The notes: a model not told the origin generated them from the sequence alone. A DNA stretch of 64,000 bases from Candidatus Bathyarchaeota archaeon (GCA_021158125.1 JAGGVF010000012.1:10879-74878), one strand, 5' to 3'. Positions 18,516 to 29,223 are shown, counted from the stretch's first letter. Program-made: numbers and translations.

Positions 18516-19661
18516 ATGTTAGCAGCATCTGGTTCAGCCTTAGCTTCAGTATTTGTCAAGCTTTCACAGTTTGGCCAAGACACAATAGGATGGATTCTAA
18601 CTCTCGTCTTCTACATTTTCCTAGCCATATCAATACTTTATGGACAGAGAATCCAACTTTACGTTTGGCTCAGAGAAGTTGAAGGTTCACTTTTCAAGCT
18701 TAAGCGAATAAGGGATGAAGGTCGAAGAATAGCTATAGAGACAATTAAGGAAATAGGGAAACCAACAGATGATCCGACCGAGCATGTTGATAGATTTCTC
18801 GAATACTTCACCATACAACCAGTAAGCATGGACCCAGCGGGAGTTGTGTGGAAGCTTGAGCACATACTTGACGTAAGAGACAACAGATTCAAAGACGAAG
18901 TAAAACTGATGGCGCCAGCAGCCGACGAAACCCAAATCAACAATCTGGAGAACACACTAGAAGCGGCTTTAGCCCTAAACATGATATACAAGATTATAAG
19001 GCACTACTACCTGCTCGGAAAGAAAACTCTAAGCCTCTACATCATAATGCAGCTCCAGATGATAATGCCTATGATAATGCGTGAAGCCGAAGCCTACGCA
19101 AGCGCCCTGAAAGCATTTGCCTACGGACAACCCATAGGCGACGGGGCAGGAGCACTTGTAGCCGCCAAACTCATGAGAGGCTACCAGAAAAGAAAAATCG
19201 CAAAAGATGTAGTAGTCGCAACCGTTCCAATCGAAGGAAGAACCGCCTACGTCCTCAAAGCAGAAGGCCCAGGAGGAAACGTTGGAAAGCCAGGAGAAGC
19301 AATAAAACAGCTGATTGAAGAAAATGAAGGAAAAGTTGCCTCCATAATAGTTGTTGACGCCGCCCTAAAACTTGAAGGAGAAAAAACAGGAGAAGTAGCC
19401 GAAGGAATAGGAGTTGCAATAGGCGGTCCAGGAGTAGAACAATTCAAGGTTGAGGAAAGCCTACTCAAATATAAGGTTCCAATAAACGCCATCATAATTA
19501 AGGAGGATATAGCCGACGCCGTTTCACCCATGAGAAAGGAAATATTCGAAGCGGCGGAAAACGCCATAAAACGAATTAAAAGGTTAATCAAGGAAAGAAC
19601 AAAAGAAGGAGATATTGTTATAATAACAGGGGTGGGAAACACAATTGGCATTGGACAGTGA
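18516..19661 (+). CDS. DUF1512-family membrane protein
   Basis: N-terminal TM; GQPIGDGAGALVA, GPGGNVG, VVDAALKLEGE, GVGNTIGIGQ. Confidence 0.85.
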   Translation: MLAASGSALASVFVKLSQFGQDTIGWILTLVFYIFLAISILYGQRIQLYVWLREVEGSLFKLKRIRDEGRRIAIETIKEIGKPTDDPTEHVDRFLEYFTIQPVSMDPAGVVWKLEHILDVRDNRFKDEVKLMAPAADETQINNLENTLEAALALNMIYKIIRHYYLLGKKTLSLYIIMQLQMIMPMIMREAEAYASALKAFAYGQPIGDGAGALVAAKLMRGYQKRKIAKDVVVATVPIEGRTAYVLKAEGPGGNVGKPGEAIKQLIEENEGKVASIIVVDAALKLEGEKTGEVAEGIGVAIGGPGVEQFKVEESLLKYKVPINAIIIKEDIADAVSPMRKEIFEAAENAIKRIKRLIKERTKEGDIVIITGVGNTIGIGQ

Positions 19662-20052
19662 GAAAATGGAACGTTCACCAGAAGTTAAGATATCAACCAT
19701 TTTTCTGATAGTCGTATTCCTAACTCTCATACTTTCCTTCATAGCGATTTACATGTCCATCTACCAGTTCATATTGGGATACGAAGCTGAAGCCTTAAGC
19801 TGGCTACTGATAGGTTTTATAGGGCTCTCAGTTTCAACCTACATGCTCTACCAAACTAGAAGACGAGTTAGAATCTCAATAAGACCCAAAATAGTGATGA
19901 CCACCCTTCTCTGCGAGAAATGCGGATTCAAAAATCTAAGGGAATTCAAACGGGGAGACTATGTTTTTAAAGAAACAGACGAAAAATGTCCAAAATGCAA
20001 CGAAAACATGTACATAGCAGCCATATACAGGGAAGTAAAAGAAACAAAGTGA
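19645..20052 (+). CDS. Two-TM protein with C-terminal zinc ribbon
   Basis: Two TMs, CEKCG...CPKC; overlaps DUF1512 gene. Confidence 0.75.
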   Translation: MALDSEKMERSPEVKISTIFLIVVFLTLILSFIAIYMSIYQFILGYEAEALSWLLIGFIGLSVSTYMLYQTRRRVRISIRPKIVMTTLLCEKCGFKNLREFKRGDYVFKETDEKCPKCNENMYIAAIYREVKETK

Positions 20053-20958
20053 TTACTCAGTTAAAACTTCACAGCTGTTCTTCTTAATTAAAACCGTATG
20101 TTCAGCCTGGGCAACAACCTTTCTGCTGACTTCAACGAATATTGGATAGCTTACAAGACTCTTTGAAGAAAGCAGTTCTCTAAAGGCTGAATTGTGGCTT
20201 TGCTTTGGAACAACTCCGATGAGCCATCTCTCAGCAAAGGGCAAAGTCCTAAAATTCTTCTCTATAAAAGCCAAAAGCTTCTTTGCATGAACTCCCCTCA
20301 AACTTTTCTTCTTATGAAATCTGAAAATAGTTATTTCCTTACCGTTTTCAACTTTCCCAACGGCTTCCCTAAGGGTTACGAAGGGTTCAATTGCGAAAAT
20401 GTCTCCTTCTCTAAGTTTAAACCCGAAGAAGTGAGGAACATTGGGCAAGGATTTTCCGGCATGAACCAGAAATCTTCCAACACTATGTCCAGTAAGGTTT
20501 GAGATAGGCTTGAATCCCCTACTAACAATTGTTTTTTGAATAACTGAACCGAAACTTGAACTTGAAACTCCGTCTCTGAGGAACTCTATGCCCTTTCGCA
20601 AAGCTTCCTCAGCCGTTTTTACAAGTTCTGCATATTTCGAATTGAATGAAACAGTTGTCGCAGTGTCTGCAACGTAACCGTCAACATGAACGCCGATATC
20701 TATTTTCACAACTGCCCCTTTGGGGATAGTTCGTTTATCGTTTGGAGGCGAAGTGTAGTGAGCTGCTATTTCATTTATTGAAACATTGCATGGAAAAGCA
20801 GGCTTTCCACCCTTCTTCCTTATTAGATTCTCAGCCCTCTCACAAACTTCAATTATCGGCATTCCCTCTTTAACGTAACCTCTCATTTCCCTCCTAACTT
20901 CAGCTGCAATCTTCCCCGCTTGCTTAAACTTTTCTAAAGCTTCCCTCGCCACAGGCAT
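20053..20958 (-). CDS. map: Methionine aminopeptidase type II
   Basis: AAHYT, DIGVHVDG..ADTA, NLTGHS, AIEPF, QAEHT. Confidence 0.95.
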   Translation of the reverse strand: MPVAREALEKFKQAGKIAAEVRREMRGYVKEGMPIIEVCERAENLIRKKGGKPAFPCNVSINEIAAHYTSPPNDKRTIPKGAVVKIDIGVHVDGYVADTATTVSFNSKYAELVKTAEEALRKGIEFLRDGVSSSSFGSVIQKTIVSRGFKPISNLTGHSVGRFLVHAGKSLPNVPHFFGFKLREGDIFAIEPFVTLREAVGKVENGKEITIFRFHKKKSLRGVHAKKLLAFIEKNFRTLPFAERWLIGVVPKQSHNSAFRELLSSKSLVSYPIFVEVSRKVVAQAEHTVLIKKNSCEVLTE

Positions 20959-21026
20959 TCTTCCACACGCGTTTCATTTAAATGCTTGAATTGTTAAAAA
21001 TGTTTAGATTATTTGGAGGTTGGCAA

Positions 21027-21698
21027 ATGGCAAGGATTAGGTGGCTAGGCCACGCGGGATTCGAAATAAATTTTGAAGACAAAATAGTTTTGGTTGACCC
21101 CTGGCTTAATGGAAACCCGAAAGCTGCATGCAAACCATCAGACATAGAAAAAGCAGACATAGTCTGCGTTACACACGATCATGGAGATCACCTTGGTGAT
21201 TCAGTTGAAATATGCAAAAGAACAGGCGCAACTTTCATTGGAACATACGAACTGGCAAATTATGCCCAGAAACACGGCGTTGAAAACACCATGGGCTTTA
21301 ATATAGGAGGCTCAGTTGAAATTAAAGGAATACGCATAACCATGGTTCAAGCTTTCCACACAAGTGGAAGCGGAGCTCCAACAGGCTTTATAATTAGCGG
21401 AGAAGGAAAAACCGTTTATCATGCAGGCGACACCGGAATCTTTGGAGATATGAAGCTAATAGGGGAACTCTACAAGCCCCATGTCGCCTTGCTTCCAATA
21501 GGTGACTACTACACCATGGGAGCTTTTCAAGCCTCTGAAGCTGTACGGCTAATTAAGCCAAAAATAGTTGTGCCGATGCATTACATGACATTCCCAGTTC
21601 TAGCGCAATCAGCAGAGGAATTCCTAAGGCTTGTTAAGGAAAAAACTCCGGAAGTTAAGGTTGTAGTGCTTAACCCTGGTGAATCCTTCGAGTTCTAA
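21027..21698 (+). CDS. UPF0173 metallo-beta-lactamase-fold hydrolase
   Basis: WLGHAG, THDHGDH, YHAGDT, PMHY; ATG 21027 behind GGAGGT. Confidence 0.88.
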   Translation: MARIRWLGHAGFEINFEDKIVLVDPWLNGNPKAACKPSDIEKADIVCVTHDHGDHLGDSVEICKRTGATFIGTYELANYAQKHGVENTMGFNIGGSVEIKGIRITMVQAFHTSGSGAPTGFIISGEGKTVYHAGDTGIFGDMKLIGELYKPHVALLPIGDYYTMGAFQASEAVRLIKPKIVVPMHYMTFPVLAQSAEEFLRLVKEKTPEVKVVVLNPGESFEF

Positions 21699-22252
21699 TG
21701 TGAAGGTTTAACTGTCTCGTCGCTTAGGGTTGCAAATAAATCTCCACCTAGATGATAGATTAACTTAGCTTTCTTAATATCGAATGTTCCATTGAATATT
21801 CCATCATCAGCGTAGGCGGCAACCACTTCGCCTATAAACAATGTGTGATCTCCAGCGGCTATCTGCTGATAGAGTCTACACTCCAAATGAGCCACACATT
21901 CTTTTATTATTGGAACTTTAACTACCTTTGCAGGGGCGGGAGTCAAATTTGTCTTTTCAAATTTGTCAACGTTTCTTCCTGAAACTCTTCCGCAATAAAG
22001 TGTTTCGTTAACGAGTTTCATACTTGGAATGTTGACCACAAACTCCCTGGTTTCCTCTATTAGTCCATGAGAATATCTTTTGGGAGCAATGCTTATTGCA
22101 ATCAGAGGCGGATTTGCCGAAACAGGCATAGACCAAGCCAAAGTAATGATGTTAGCTTTTCCCTCGCCGTCAGCACAAGTTACAAGTATAGTGTTTCTCG
22201 GATGCAAAAGCCTATAGGCCATACCTAAATCAATATCAACTTTCTCAGCCAA
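21695..22252 (-). CDS. Flavin reductase-like FMN-binding protein
   Basis: REFVVNIP, SGRNVDKF, AHLECRL, GDHTLFIGEV. Confidence 0.88.
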   Translation of the reverse strand: MAEKVDIDLGMAYRLLHPRNTILVTCADGEGKANIITLAWSMPVSANPPLIAISIAPKRYSHGLIEETREFVVNIPSMKLVNETLYCGRVSGRNVDKFEKTNLTPAPAKVVKVPIIKECVAHLECRLYQQIAAGDHTLFIGEVVAAYADDGIFNGTFDIKKAKLIYHLGGDLFATLSDETVKPSH

Positions 22253-22451
22253 TTTGTACTCCTCCTAAGCTTATTCTGTAATAATCCTTCAGAAAATTTA
22301 AGTACATCCCTTAACTTTCTCTCTTTAGGTGCATAAGCTGGACTGGCCCTAATCCTTCACGAAAATTCTCTTTTTGTTTTAGTTAGAATAGAGCCTAAAC
22401 TTAAAAACGTTTTAAACCTATTAAAACTGCAAAACTTGGAGGAGAAAATGT

Positions 22452-23564
22452 TTGTCTAAAAATGAGAAGGAAAAAACTAGACTTGACCCTTGGGGAATAA
22501 CAGAAATCCAAGACTACGAAAGGCTTTACAGAGAATTTGGAATAAAACCCTTCAAACCATTGCTTCAGGAAATCCCCGAACCCAACATGTTCATGAGACG
22601 CGGAATAATCTTCGGCCACAGAGACTTCGAAAGAATAGTTGAGGCAATAAAGAACAATGGAGAATTCGCCGTTCTAAGCGGAATAAAACCAACAGGAGAA
22701 TTCCACCTAGGCACATTAATGACTGCAAGAGAAATAATCTACTTCCAAAAGCAAGGGGCAAAAACATTCTACTGCGTAGCCGATGTTGAAGCCTACGAGG
22801 ACAACAACATCCCACTTGAGAAAAGCGAAAAAATAGCGGTTGGGAACATAGCCGACGTACTCGCCTTAGGGCTTGACCCGAAAAAAGCCTACATTTACAG
22901 GCAGTCAAAGGAAATGAGGGTTCGCGACTTCGCTCTAATTTTCGCCAGGAAAGTAACTTTGGCAACCATGAAAGCCATATATGGAGAACGCAACATAGGT
23001 CTATACGTTTCGGCTTTAATCCAAGCCGGAGACATTCTACTACCGCAACACAAAGACTTCGGCGGACCAAAACCGACAGTTGTGCCAGTTGGAATTGACC
23101 AAGACCCCCATTTAAGATTCACGCGGGACTTAGCCCAGAAATTTAAAAGGAAATATGGATTTGTACTTCCATCATCAACCTATCACAAGCTCATAAAAGG
23201 GTTAGACGGCTCCCCCAAAATGAGTAAACGCAACCCAATGAGCTATTTCACGTTGCATGAACCGCCGGAAATGATAGCTAAAAAAATTTCAAACGCCTTC
23301 ACAGGTGGGAGGCCAACAGTTAAAGAACAACGTGAACTAGGTGGAATTCCAGAAATCTGCAGCGTTTATGCAATAAACATGTTCCACTTCATGGAAAATG
23401 ATGAAGAAGTCATCAAACTCTACAACGACTGCAAATCTGGAAACATAATTTGCGGAGAATGCAAACAAAGGACAATAGAAATAGTTCTAAGGTTCATTAG
23501 AAACTTGGAGGAGAAGAGGAAAAAATTCATCGATAAGGCGAGGGAAATTCTCCAAGTAGAGTAA
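22452..23564 (+). CDS. trpS: Tryptophanyl-tRNA synthetase
   Basis: SGIKPTGEFHLG, VPVGIDQDPH, KMSKR, AFTGGR. Confidence 0.95.
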   Translation: MSKNEKEKTRLDPWGITEIQDYERLYREFGIKPFKPLLQEIPEPNMFMRRGIIFGHRDFERIVEAIKNNGEFAVLSGIKPTGEFHLGTLMTAREIIYFQKQGAKTFYCVADVEAYEDNNIPLEKSEKIAVGNIADVLALGLDPKKAYIYRQSKEMRVRDFALIFARKVTLATMKAIYGERNIGLYVSALIQAGDILLPQHKDFGGPKPTVVPVGIDQDPHLRFTRDLAQKFKRKYGFVLPSSTYHKLIKGLDGSPKMSKRNPMSYFTLHEPPEMIAKKISNAFTGGRPTVKEQRELGGIPEICSVYAINMFHFMENDEEVIKLYNDCKSGNIICGECKQRTIEIVLRFIRNLEEKRKKFIDKAREILQVE

Positions 23565-23790
23565 AATGGAAATTCAAAACAAAACATAAATAGCCTAATT
23601 AAGTATTAACTTGCGTGGTGAAGTGATGCCCCGCCAATTTCCCACACTCTAACACCTAATCTTCTTCAGAAAAACCGTGGAGTAAACTCCGAATTTTTGC
23701 TGAACAAAATTCTTCAGCAGAACTTTTATCCTAAAAACATTAAACTAGACTACCAAATCAAAACTTTACGTCTAAACAGTTTAAGGAGAA

Positions 23791-25311
23791 ATGTCAATGA
23801 TTGAACTTCGTGAAAACGAGCAAAAAACAATAGCAGCTTTACGAGAGCTAGGTGGAAAAGCAACAGTTGACCAAATAGTTACTTCAACTGGATTGGCGCA
23901 TGCAGCAGTCATGCGTGCAGCACTTTCACTTTCAACAAACGGTTTAGTGAAAATTAGCGAGAAAAGGCAGTCTTTCGCGAAAATAACTCGTGAAGGCATA
24001 GACTACGCAGAGCAAGGTTTACCTGAAAGACGTCTGCTTAACGCTTTGCTTAAACTGGGCGGCGAGGCCGACGTGAACAAAGTAGCAAAAAAGGTGAAGT
24101 TTGATAGGAAGTTGCTTTCCATAGCCCTAGGATGGCTTCACCGCAAGGGTTGGGCCAAACTTGACAAAAAAACAGGATTTCTGAAAGCTTTAAGTAAGAA
24201 ACCGCCGCCAGGGGAAGATGAAAAACTTCTTGCCATGTTAAAAGAGAAGAAAAAACTAGACATTGAAGATTTAGACTCTAAACTAAAAGAGACAGCCTAC
24301 AATCTTAAAAGTCGAAAACTCATTGAAGTCGAGGAAAAAACCGTTAGGTGGCTTGAACTAACCGAGGCCGGATGGAAACTTGCAAGACGCAAATTCAAAG
24401 TTATAAAAGAGATAAGCCAACTAACACCTGAACTCATAGTTTCCGGTAAATGGCGAGAAGTAAAACTGAGAAAATTCAACGTAGTTGCCCCTGGCCCGCT
24501 GGTTCATCCCGGAAAACTTCATCCTGTTCAGCAAGTTATTCAGCTTGTTAGGGAAATTTTCCTTGAAATGGGCTTTACTGAAATTCGCGGGCCCATAGTT
24601 GAAACTGCATTTTGGAACTTTGATGCGTTGTTCCAGCCTCAAGACCATCCAGCAAGGGAAATGCACGACACGTTCTACCTAAAATACCCAAGCGAAGGAA
24701 AACTTCCAGCAAAGAAAATAGTTAGGTATGTTGCCAAAACTCATGAAGACGGCTGGAAAACCGGCTCGATTGGTTGGCACTATAAATGGAGCGCAGAAGA
24801 AGCCAAGAAACTCATTTTGAGAACGCATACAACTGCAACTACTATTAGGTATTTAGCGAAGCATAAGAAGCCTCCAGTGAGGGTTTTCTCCGTTGACCGC
24901 GTCTACAGAAATGAAAAGCTTGACTACAAGCATTTAGCCGAGTTCCATCAAATAGACGGAGTAATAATGGACAGAAAAGTTACATTCAGAGACCTTATTG
25001 GCACTTTGAAAGAGTTTTACCGAAAACTTGGCTTACCTAAAGTTCAGTTTTGGCCAGTTTACTTCCCCTACACGGAGCCTTCAGCTCAAGCAATGGTTTA
25101 TGTCCCACAATATAAGGCATGGTTTGAACTCGCCGGAATGGGAATGTTCCGCCCAGAAGTTCTAAAGCCCCTCGGCATAAAATGCCCAGTTCTCGCTTGG
25201 GGCGCAAGCCTAGAAAGGCTAGCCATGCTGAAGTACGGAATTGAAGACATCCGCTTCTTATATAAAAACGATTTAGGATGGATTAGGAGGACTCCGGTTT
25301 GCCAGTTATAA
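23791..25311 (+). CDS. pheS: Phenylalanyl-tRNA synthetase alpha subunit (archaeal long form)
   Basis: WNFDALFQPQDHPAREMHDTF, LRTHTT, HLAEFHQ, FPYTEPS. Confidence 0.96.
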   Translation: MSMIELRENEQKTIAALRELGGKATVDQIVTSTGLAHAAVMRAALSLSTNGLVKISEKRQSFAKITREGIDYAEQGLPERRLLNALLKLGGEADVNKVAKKVKFDRKLLSIALGWLHRKGWAKLDKKTGFLKALSKKPPPGEDEKLLAMLKEKKKLDIEDLDSKLKETAYNLKSRKLIEVEEKTVRWLELTEAGWKLARRKFKVIKEISQLTPELIVSGKWREVKLRKFNVVAPGPLVHPGKLHPVQQVIQLVREIFLEMGFTEIRGPIVETAFWNFDALFQPQDHPAREMHDTFYLKYPSEGKLPAKKIVRYVAKTHEDGWKTGSIGWHYKWSAEEAKKLILRTHTTATTIRYLAKHKKPPVRVFSVDRVYRNEKLDYKHLAEFHQIDGVIMDRKVTFRDLIGTLKEFYRKLGLPKVQFWPVYFPYTEPSAQAMVYVPQYKAWFELAGMGMFRPEVLKPLGIKCPVLAWGASLERLAMLKYGIEDIRFLYKNDLGWIRRTPVCQL

Positions 25312-26981
25312 GCCTAAATCAAAAACGTTTCAGCAAGTTACTTGGAAAAGAAATTTCAATTCAAGAAATGGCTAAAAATCTTCCATGGCTCGGCCTGGAT
25401 ATAGAGGAAGTTGGAACAGATTACATCCGAGTGGAGTATAATCCAAACCGCATAGATTTCTCTAGCCATGCTGGAATTGTAAGGGCTCTTAAAGGAATGC
25501 TTGAACTTGAACTTGGAATGCCAAATTACAAGGTTAATTTTGGAAAAACAGTTCTGAACGTTGACAAATCCGTTTCTGAGGTTAGGCCATACATTGCAAG
25601 CGCCGTTATTCGCGGTTTGAAACTTGACGATGAAGCGGTTAAGGAACTTATGGAAATGCAAGAAGATTTACACTGGGGAGTTGGGCGAAACAGAAAGAAA
25701 GCCTCAATAGGCGTACACAACCTTGACGCTGTAAAGCCTCCGTTCACCTACACAACCGCAGACCCCGACGAAGTAAAATTCGTTCCATTAGATAAATCAG
25801 AAAAGATGAGTTTGAGGGATATTCTTGAAAAACATGAAAAGGGAATTGCTTTTCGTCACCTGATAGACTGGGCGCCCCGCTATCCGCTTCTAATAGACAA
25901 AAACGGAGACGTACTTTCCTTACCACCCATAATAAACGGTGAACTCACACGCGTAACAGAGGAAACTAAAAATCTTTTCATCGACGTAACTGGAACCGAC
26001 TGGAACGCTGTTGTTAAAAGCCTAAACGTTCTCGTTACAGCCTTGGCAGACATGGGAGGCCAAATAGAATCTGTTACAGTCAAATATCCTGAACGCAGGT
26101 TCGTTTCACCGGACTTGTCCCCGCAGAAAATGAAGCTTAGAATAAAATACGCAAACAAGCTTTTGGGTTTAAAGCTCAAGGAAGAAGAAGTCATAAAATG
26201 TCTTAGAAAGTGCAGGTTAGACGCTGTTAAAGCTGGAAATGGCATTTTAGAAGTTGCAGTTCCACCTTATCGAACGGACATTCTACATGAGGTTGACTTG
26301 GTTGAAGAGGTTGCAATAGGCTATGGCTACTACAAGCTTGAGCCCACTCTGCCGCCGACGAAAACAGCTGGTGAACAACACCCAATAAGCGTACTTGCAA
26401 ATGCTGCCAGACAAATCATGATTGGGCTGGGATTTACAGAAGTTATGAACTTTATCCTCACAAATGGGACAGTGCACTACTCAAAGATGAGGCTTAAGTC
26501 CGGAAAAGCTGTTAGGCTCGCCAATCCAGTTTCAGCTGAATACTCCATTACCCGCGAGTGGCTTCTACCAAGCCTAATGAAAAATTTAAGCGACAACAAA
26601 CATGAGAGTTATCCCCAACGATTATTCGAAGTTTCAGACATAATAACTGCTGACTTAAGAAGAGAAACCAGAAGCCAGCGTAGACTACATTTAGCAGCTG
26701 TCTCCGCGCATGCAAACGCAAATTATACAGAAATACGTTCAGTTATAGACGCATTACTGGCAAACTTAGGCCTAAAAAACTGGAAAGTTAAAGAGGCTAA
26801 ACATCCAAGCTTTCTAGATGGAAGAACGGCTCAAATATTCTATAAGAATAGGAAAATTGGGATATTAGGCGAAATACACCCAGAAGCCCTAGAAAACTTC
26901 GAACTAGAAAATCCAGTTGCAGCCTTCGAAATAGACCTTGAAAAGCTTTTAGAGCAAAATAGCCGAAGCTTTACTTTCTAA
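25299..26981 (+). CDS. pheT: Phenylalanyl-tRNA synthetase beta subunit
   Basis: PNRIDF, QEDLH, SLPPIING, PPYRTDILHEVDLVEEVAIGYG, GEIHP. Confidence 0.96.
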   Translation: MPVISLNQKRFSKLLGKEISIQEMAKNLPWLGLDIEEVGTDYIRVEYNPNRIDFSSHAGIVRALKGMLELELGMPNYKVNFGKTVLNVDKSVSEVRPYIASAVIRGLKLDDEAVKELMEMQEDLHWGVGRNRKKASIGVHNLDAVKPPFTYTTADPDEVKFVPLDKSEKMSLRDILEKHEKGIAFRHLIDWAPRYPLLIDKNGDVLSLPPIINGELTRVTEETKNLFIDVTGTDWNAVVKSLNVLVTALADMGGQIESVTVKYPERRFVSPDLSPQKMKLRIKYANKLLGLKLKEEEVIKCLRKCRLDAVKAGNGILEVAVPPYRTDILHEVDLVEEVAIGYGYYKLEPTLPPTKTAGEQHPISVLANAARQIMIGLGFTEVMNFILTNGTVHYSKMRLKSGKAVRLANPVSAEYSITREWLLPSLMKNLSDNKHESYPQRLFEVSDIITADLRRETRSQRRLHLAAVSAHANANYTEIRSVIDALLANLGLKNWKVKEAKHPSFLDGRTAQIFYKNRKIGILGEIHPEALENFELENPVAAFEIDLEKLLEQNSRSFTF

Positions 26982-27582
26982 ATCCATTTATAACGGCTAC
27001 TAGGAAGAGTATGGAATAAAAAATGTGCGGAGGCATCAATAACGGCGGTACATCTATGGGAAAACATAAGAACGCTGGAAAAACCACAGCAAAGATAGGT
27101 ATTATCAGAATTAAATTTGATGGATTCTTATCGAAAATTTTCAAATAATCTTTGCTTACTACGAAAATGACAACCAACGCTATGAAAGCCAACCATTCGG
27201 TGGTTATGTTTTGTAGGCTTTTAATGCCTATTTCCATACCGTATTGGTGCGTTGTTATAGGCCACAAAAGCTGAATTCTCCCCCCGGCAAAAAAGTCTCC
27301 TATTAGAGGATGCTGAACAATAGCTAAAAGGTACGGGATAGCCTTCTTTCCGTAAACAGCGAAAATAGGGATAAAAACTATGAATGCCGCCAAAATCGAA
27401 TGTGTGGGGCCCCTATGCTCAACAAATGGAATCAGAATATCCACATCTGGGATAACGGACAAAGTAAATATTAACGGAATGTTGATTTCAGTTCTCAAGA
27501 TTTTAGCTGCCAATTTGCCAATTACGTATCCAAGCGACATGTGACCTACAGCATACGATTTGTCTTCCTCCCTTCCTTCCAA
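26971..27582 (-). CDS. YdjM/LexA-binding-type membrane metal-dependent hydrolase
   Basis: GH near N-terminus, IPDVD, HRGPTHS, QH...GD, LLWP; TM segments. Confidence 0.75.
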   Translation of the reverse strand: MEGREEDKSYAVGHMSLGYVIGKLAAKILRTEINIPLIFTLSVIPDVDILIPFVEHRGPTHSILAAFIVFIPIFAVYGKKAIPYLLAIVQHPLIGDFFAGGRIQLLWPITTHQYGMEIGIKSLQNITTEWLAFIALVVIFVVSKDYLKIFDKNPSNLILIIPIFAVVFPAFLCFPIDVPPLLMPPHIFYSILFLVAVINGFRK

Positions 27583-28005
27583 ACTACCCTTCGAATTTAA
27601 TAAGTTTATGGATCAGTTCATTCAGAAAGCTTAGATAAGCTTCTACGTGAAAGATCCTAGCAAACATAAATACTGAGAAGCGTTATCTGATTAATTGATG
27701 GCCACAAAAAGAAACGTATGGGGGGAAAAGAAAGCCAGCTGCACCTTACACGAAGGCGGAGCTAAACAGGCTTATCAAAAGCTTATACCCTCCGCTTTTC
27801 GACGTCGACAAAGGCTTCGTAATCCTCGACGTTTTTCTTCACGCACTTGTTGAGCAAGACCCTCCTTTATCAATAGAAGTTTCCTCAATTAAGGTTTCAT
27901 CTAACAATTACGAAAGCCAACGTGAACTTTTCCGTTGGTAAACGACAACTTTTTTATTATTCAGATTCGAATTAAGATTTGTGTTTATTACTGAGTTGAT
28001 CATTT

Positions 28006-28263
28006 ATGGGAAGACGGTCTCGCATTGACGTTCTTATAGAAATCCTAACCGAAGCCCTTAACGAATGCAGCAAAACTAGAATAATGTATAGATGCAACCT
28101 AAATTATAAATGCTTTAACCGATACTTGAAAGAACTTCTGGAGAAAGATTTAATTGTTAAAATTGAAAGGTCATCAAGAAAAACCGAGCTTTACAAGACC
28201 TCAGAGAAAGGCAGAGAACTTCTTCAAGTTTTAAAAAGAGCTAAAAAACTAACTAGTGGCTAA
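28006..28263 (+). CDS. Small winged-helix regulator (RS..I..IL...KT.IMY..NL family)
   Basis: RRSRIDVLIEIL...KTRIMYRCNLNY...YKTSEKG. Confidence 0.82.
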   Translation: MGRRSRIDVLIEILTEALNECSKTRIMYRCNLNYKCFNRYLKELLEKDLIVKIERSSRKTELYKTSEKGRELLQVLKRAKKLTSG

Positions 28264-28477
28264 TTTTATCGCAGTTCTCTTCGATTAGGAAGACCCATTC
28301 CTCACATATCCTTACAGAATTCAGTTCCTCGTCAAATTGAATTATGTTTGCCTTTGCAAATAACCTAGCTACCTCAATTAGCTTGCCGTATTCAACATTG
28401 ATTATTTGGGCAATTTCATTTAAGCTATGCCACCTGCCGTCTCTCAGCACAGCGAAAAATTCGTCAAGTTTATTCAA
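28253..28477 (-). CDS. Small HTH protein
   Basis: LRDGRWHSLNEIAQ helix-turn-helix pattern. Confidence 0.6.
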   Translation of the reverse strand: MNKLDEFFAVLRDGRWHSLNEIAQIINVEYGKLIEVARLFAKANIIQFDEELNSVRICEEWVFLIEENCDKISH

Positions 28478-28830
28478 CTTTTATCGTTTACAAATTGCAC
28501 TTGGCAATATTTTAATGAATAAGAAGCTTAAATATAGATTTTTCATTTAAAATTTCTATTTTTCCAATATTTTTGTTCTATAGTGCCAATTTTGAACATA
28601 AAATTCCTTTTCACTTACTTGTTTGAGTTTATCACAACTTGTTTAATTTCGGTAGAACTATTAGAAAATAAAAATAATTTTCTAGAAGACTGGTCTATAT
28701 GTTTCATACTTATCACTTTAAATAAGGCCTTTTCGATAATAATAAAATAACTGAGGGGAGAGGTTAACTAGCCTAAAAATCCGCTATCGCTTCCGCTTCC
28801 GTCAGGGAGGGAATAATCTTAGACGATAAT

Positions 28831-29223
28831 GTGAAGAAATGGATGGAATTTCGTAGGAAGCTTAAAGAGGAATGGAAAAGGCTGTGGCGCGAAAGGTTTG
28901 ACGACAAGGTTAGGGCTGAAGGAATAGCTGCTAAAAATTATCCTCTCCTCTATGTCGAACGCGGAACGGTCATAGTTGCAACAAGGAAGTACAAGCCGCC
29001 AAGCTTTTCGGAAATAGTGAAGTTCTGGGCTGAAAACTTTAAAATCTTCGAAGAATCAAGGATTTTCCCCCCGCATCCAAGCGTGGGGGGATGGAGAAAG
29101 TTCATTAAAACCCATCTGACAAAGCATAAATCCGCCAGAAGAAACGCATATGAAGAAGAAAAACAGAGGAAGGCTAAGCTCCAGCTGAAGAAAGGGGGAA
29201 GAGGCTGGCTTCACAGCTTTTAA
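28831..29223 (+). CDS. Hypothetical basic protein
   Basis: 130-aa ORF, W/R/K rich, heads the + strand island operon. Confidence 0.65.
   Translation: MKKWMEFRRKLKEEWKRLWRERFDDKVRAEGIAAKNYPLLYVERGTVIVATRKYKPPSFSEIVKFWAENFKIFEESRIFPPHPSVGGWRKFIKTHLTKHKSARRNAYEEEKQRKAKLQLKKGGRGWLHSF

Noticed and set aside
23620-23705. Possible C/D sRNA (GTGATGC ... CTGA) between trpS and pheS
   Set aside because: Box C imperfect, no convincing C'/D' or identifiable target.
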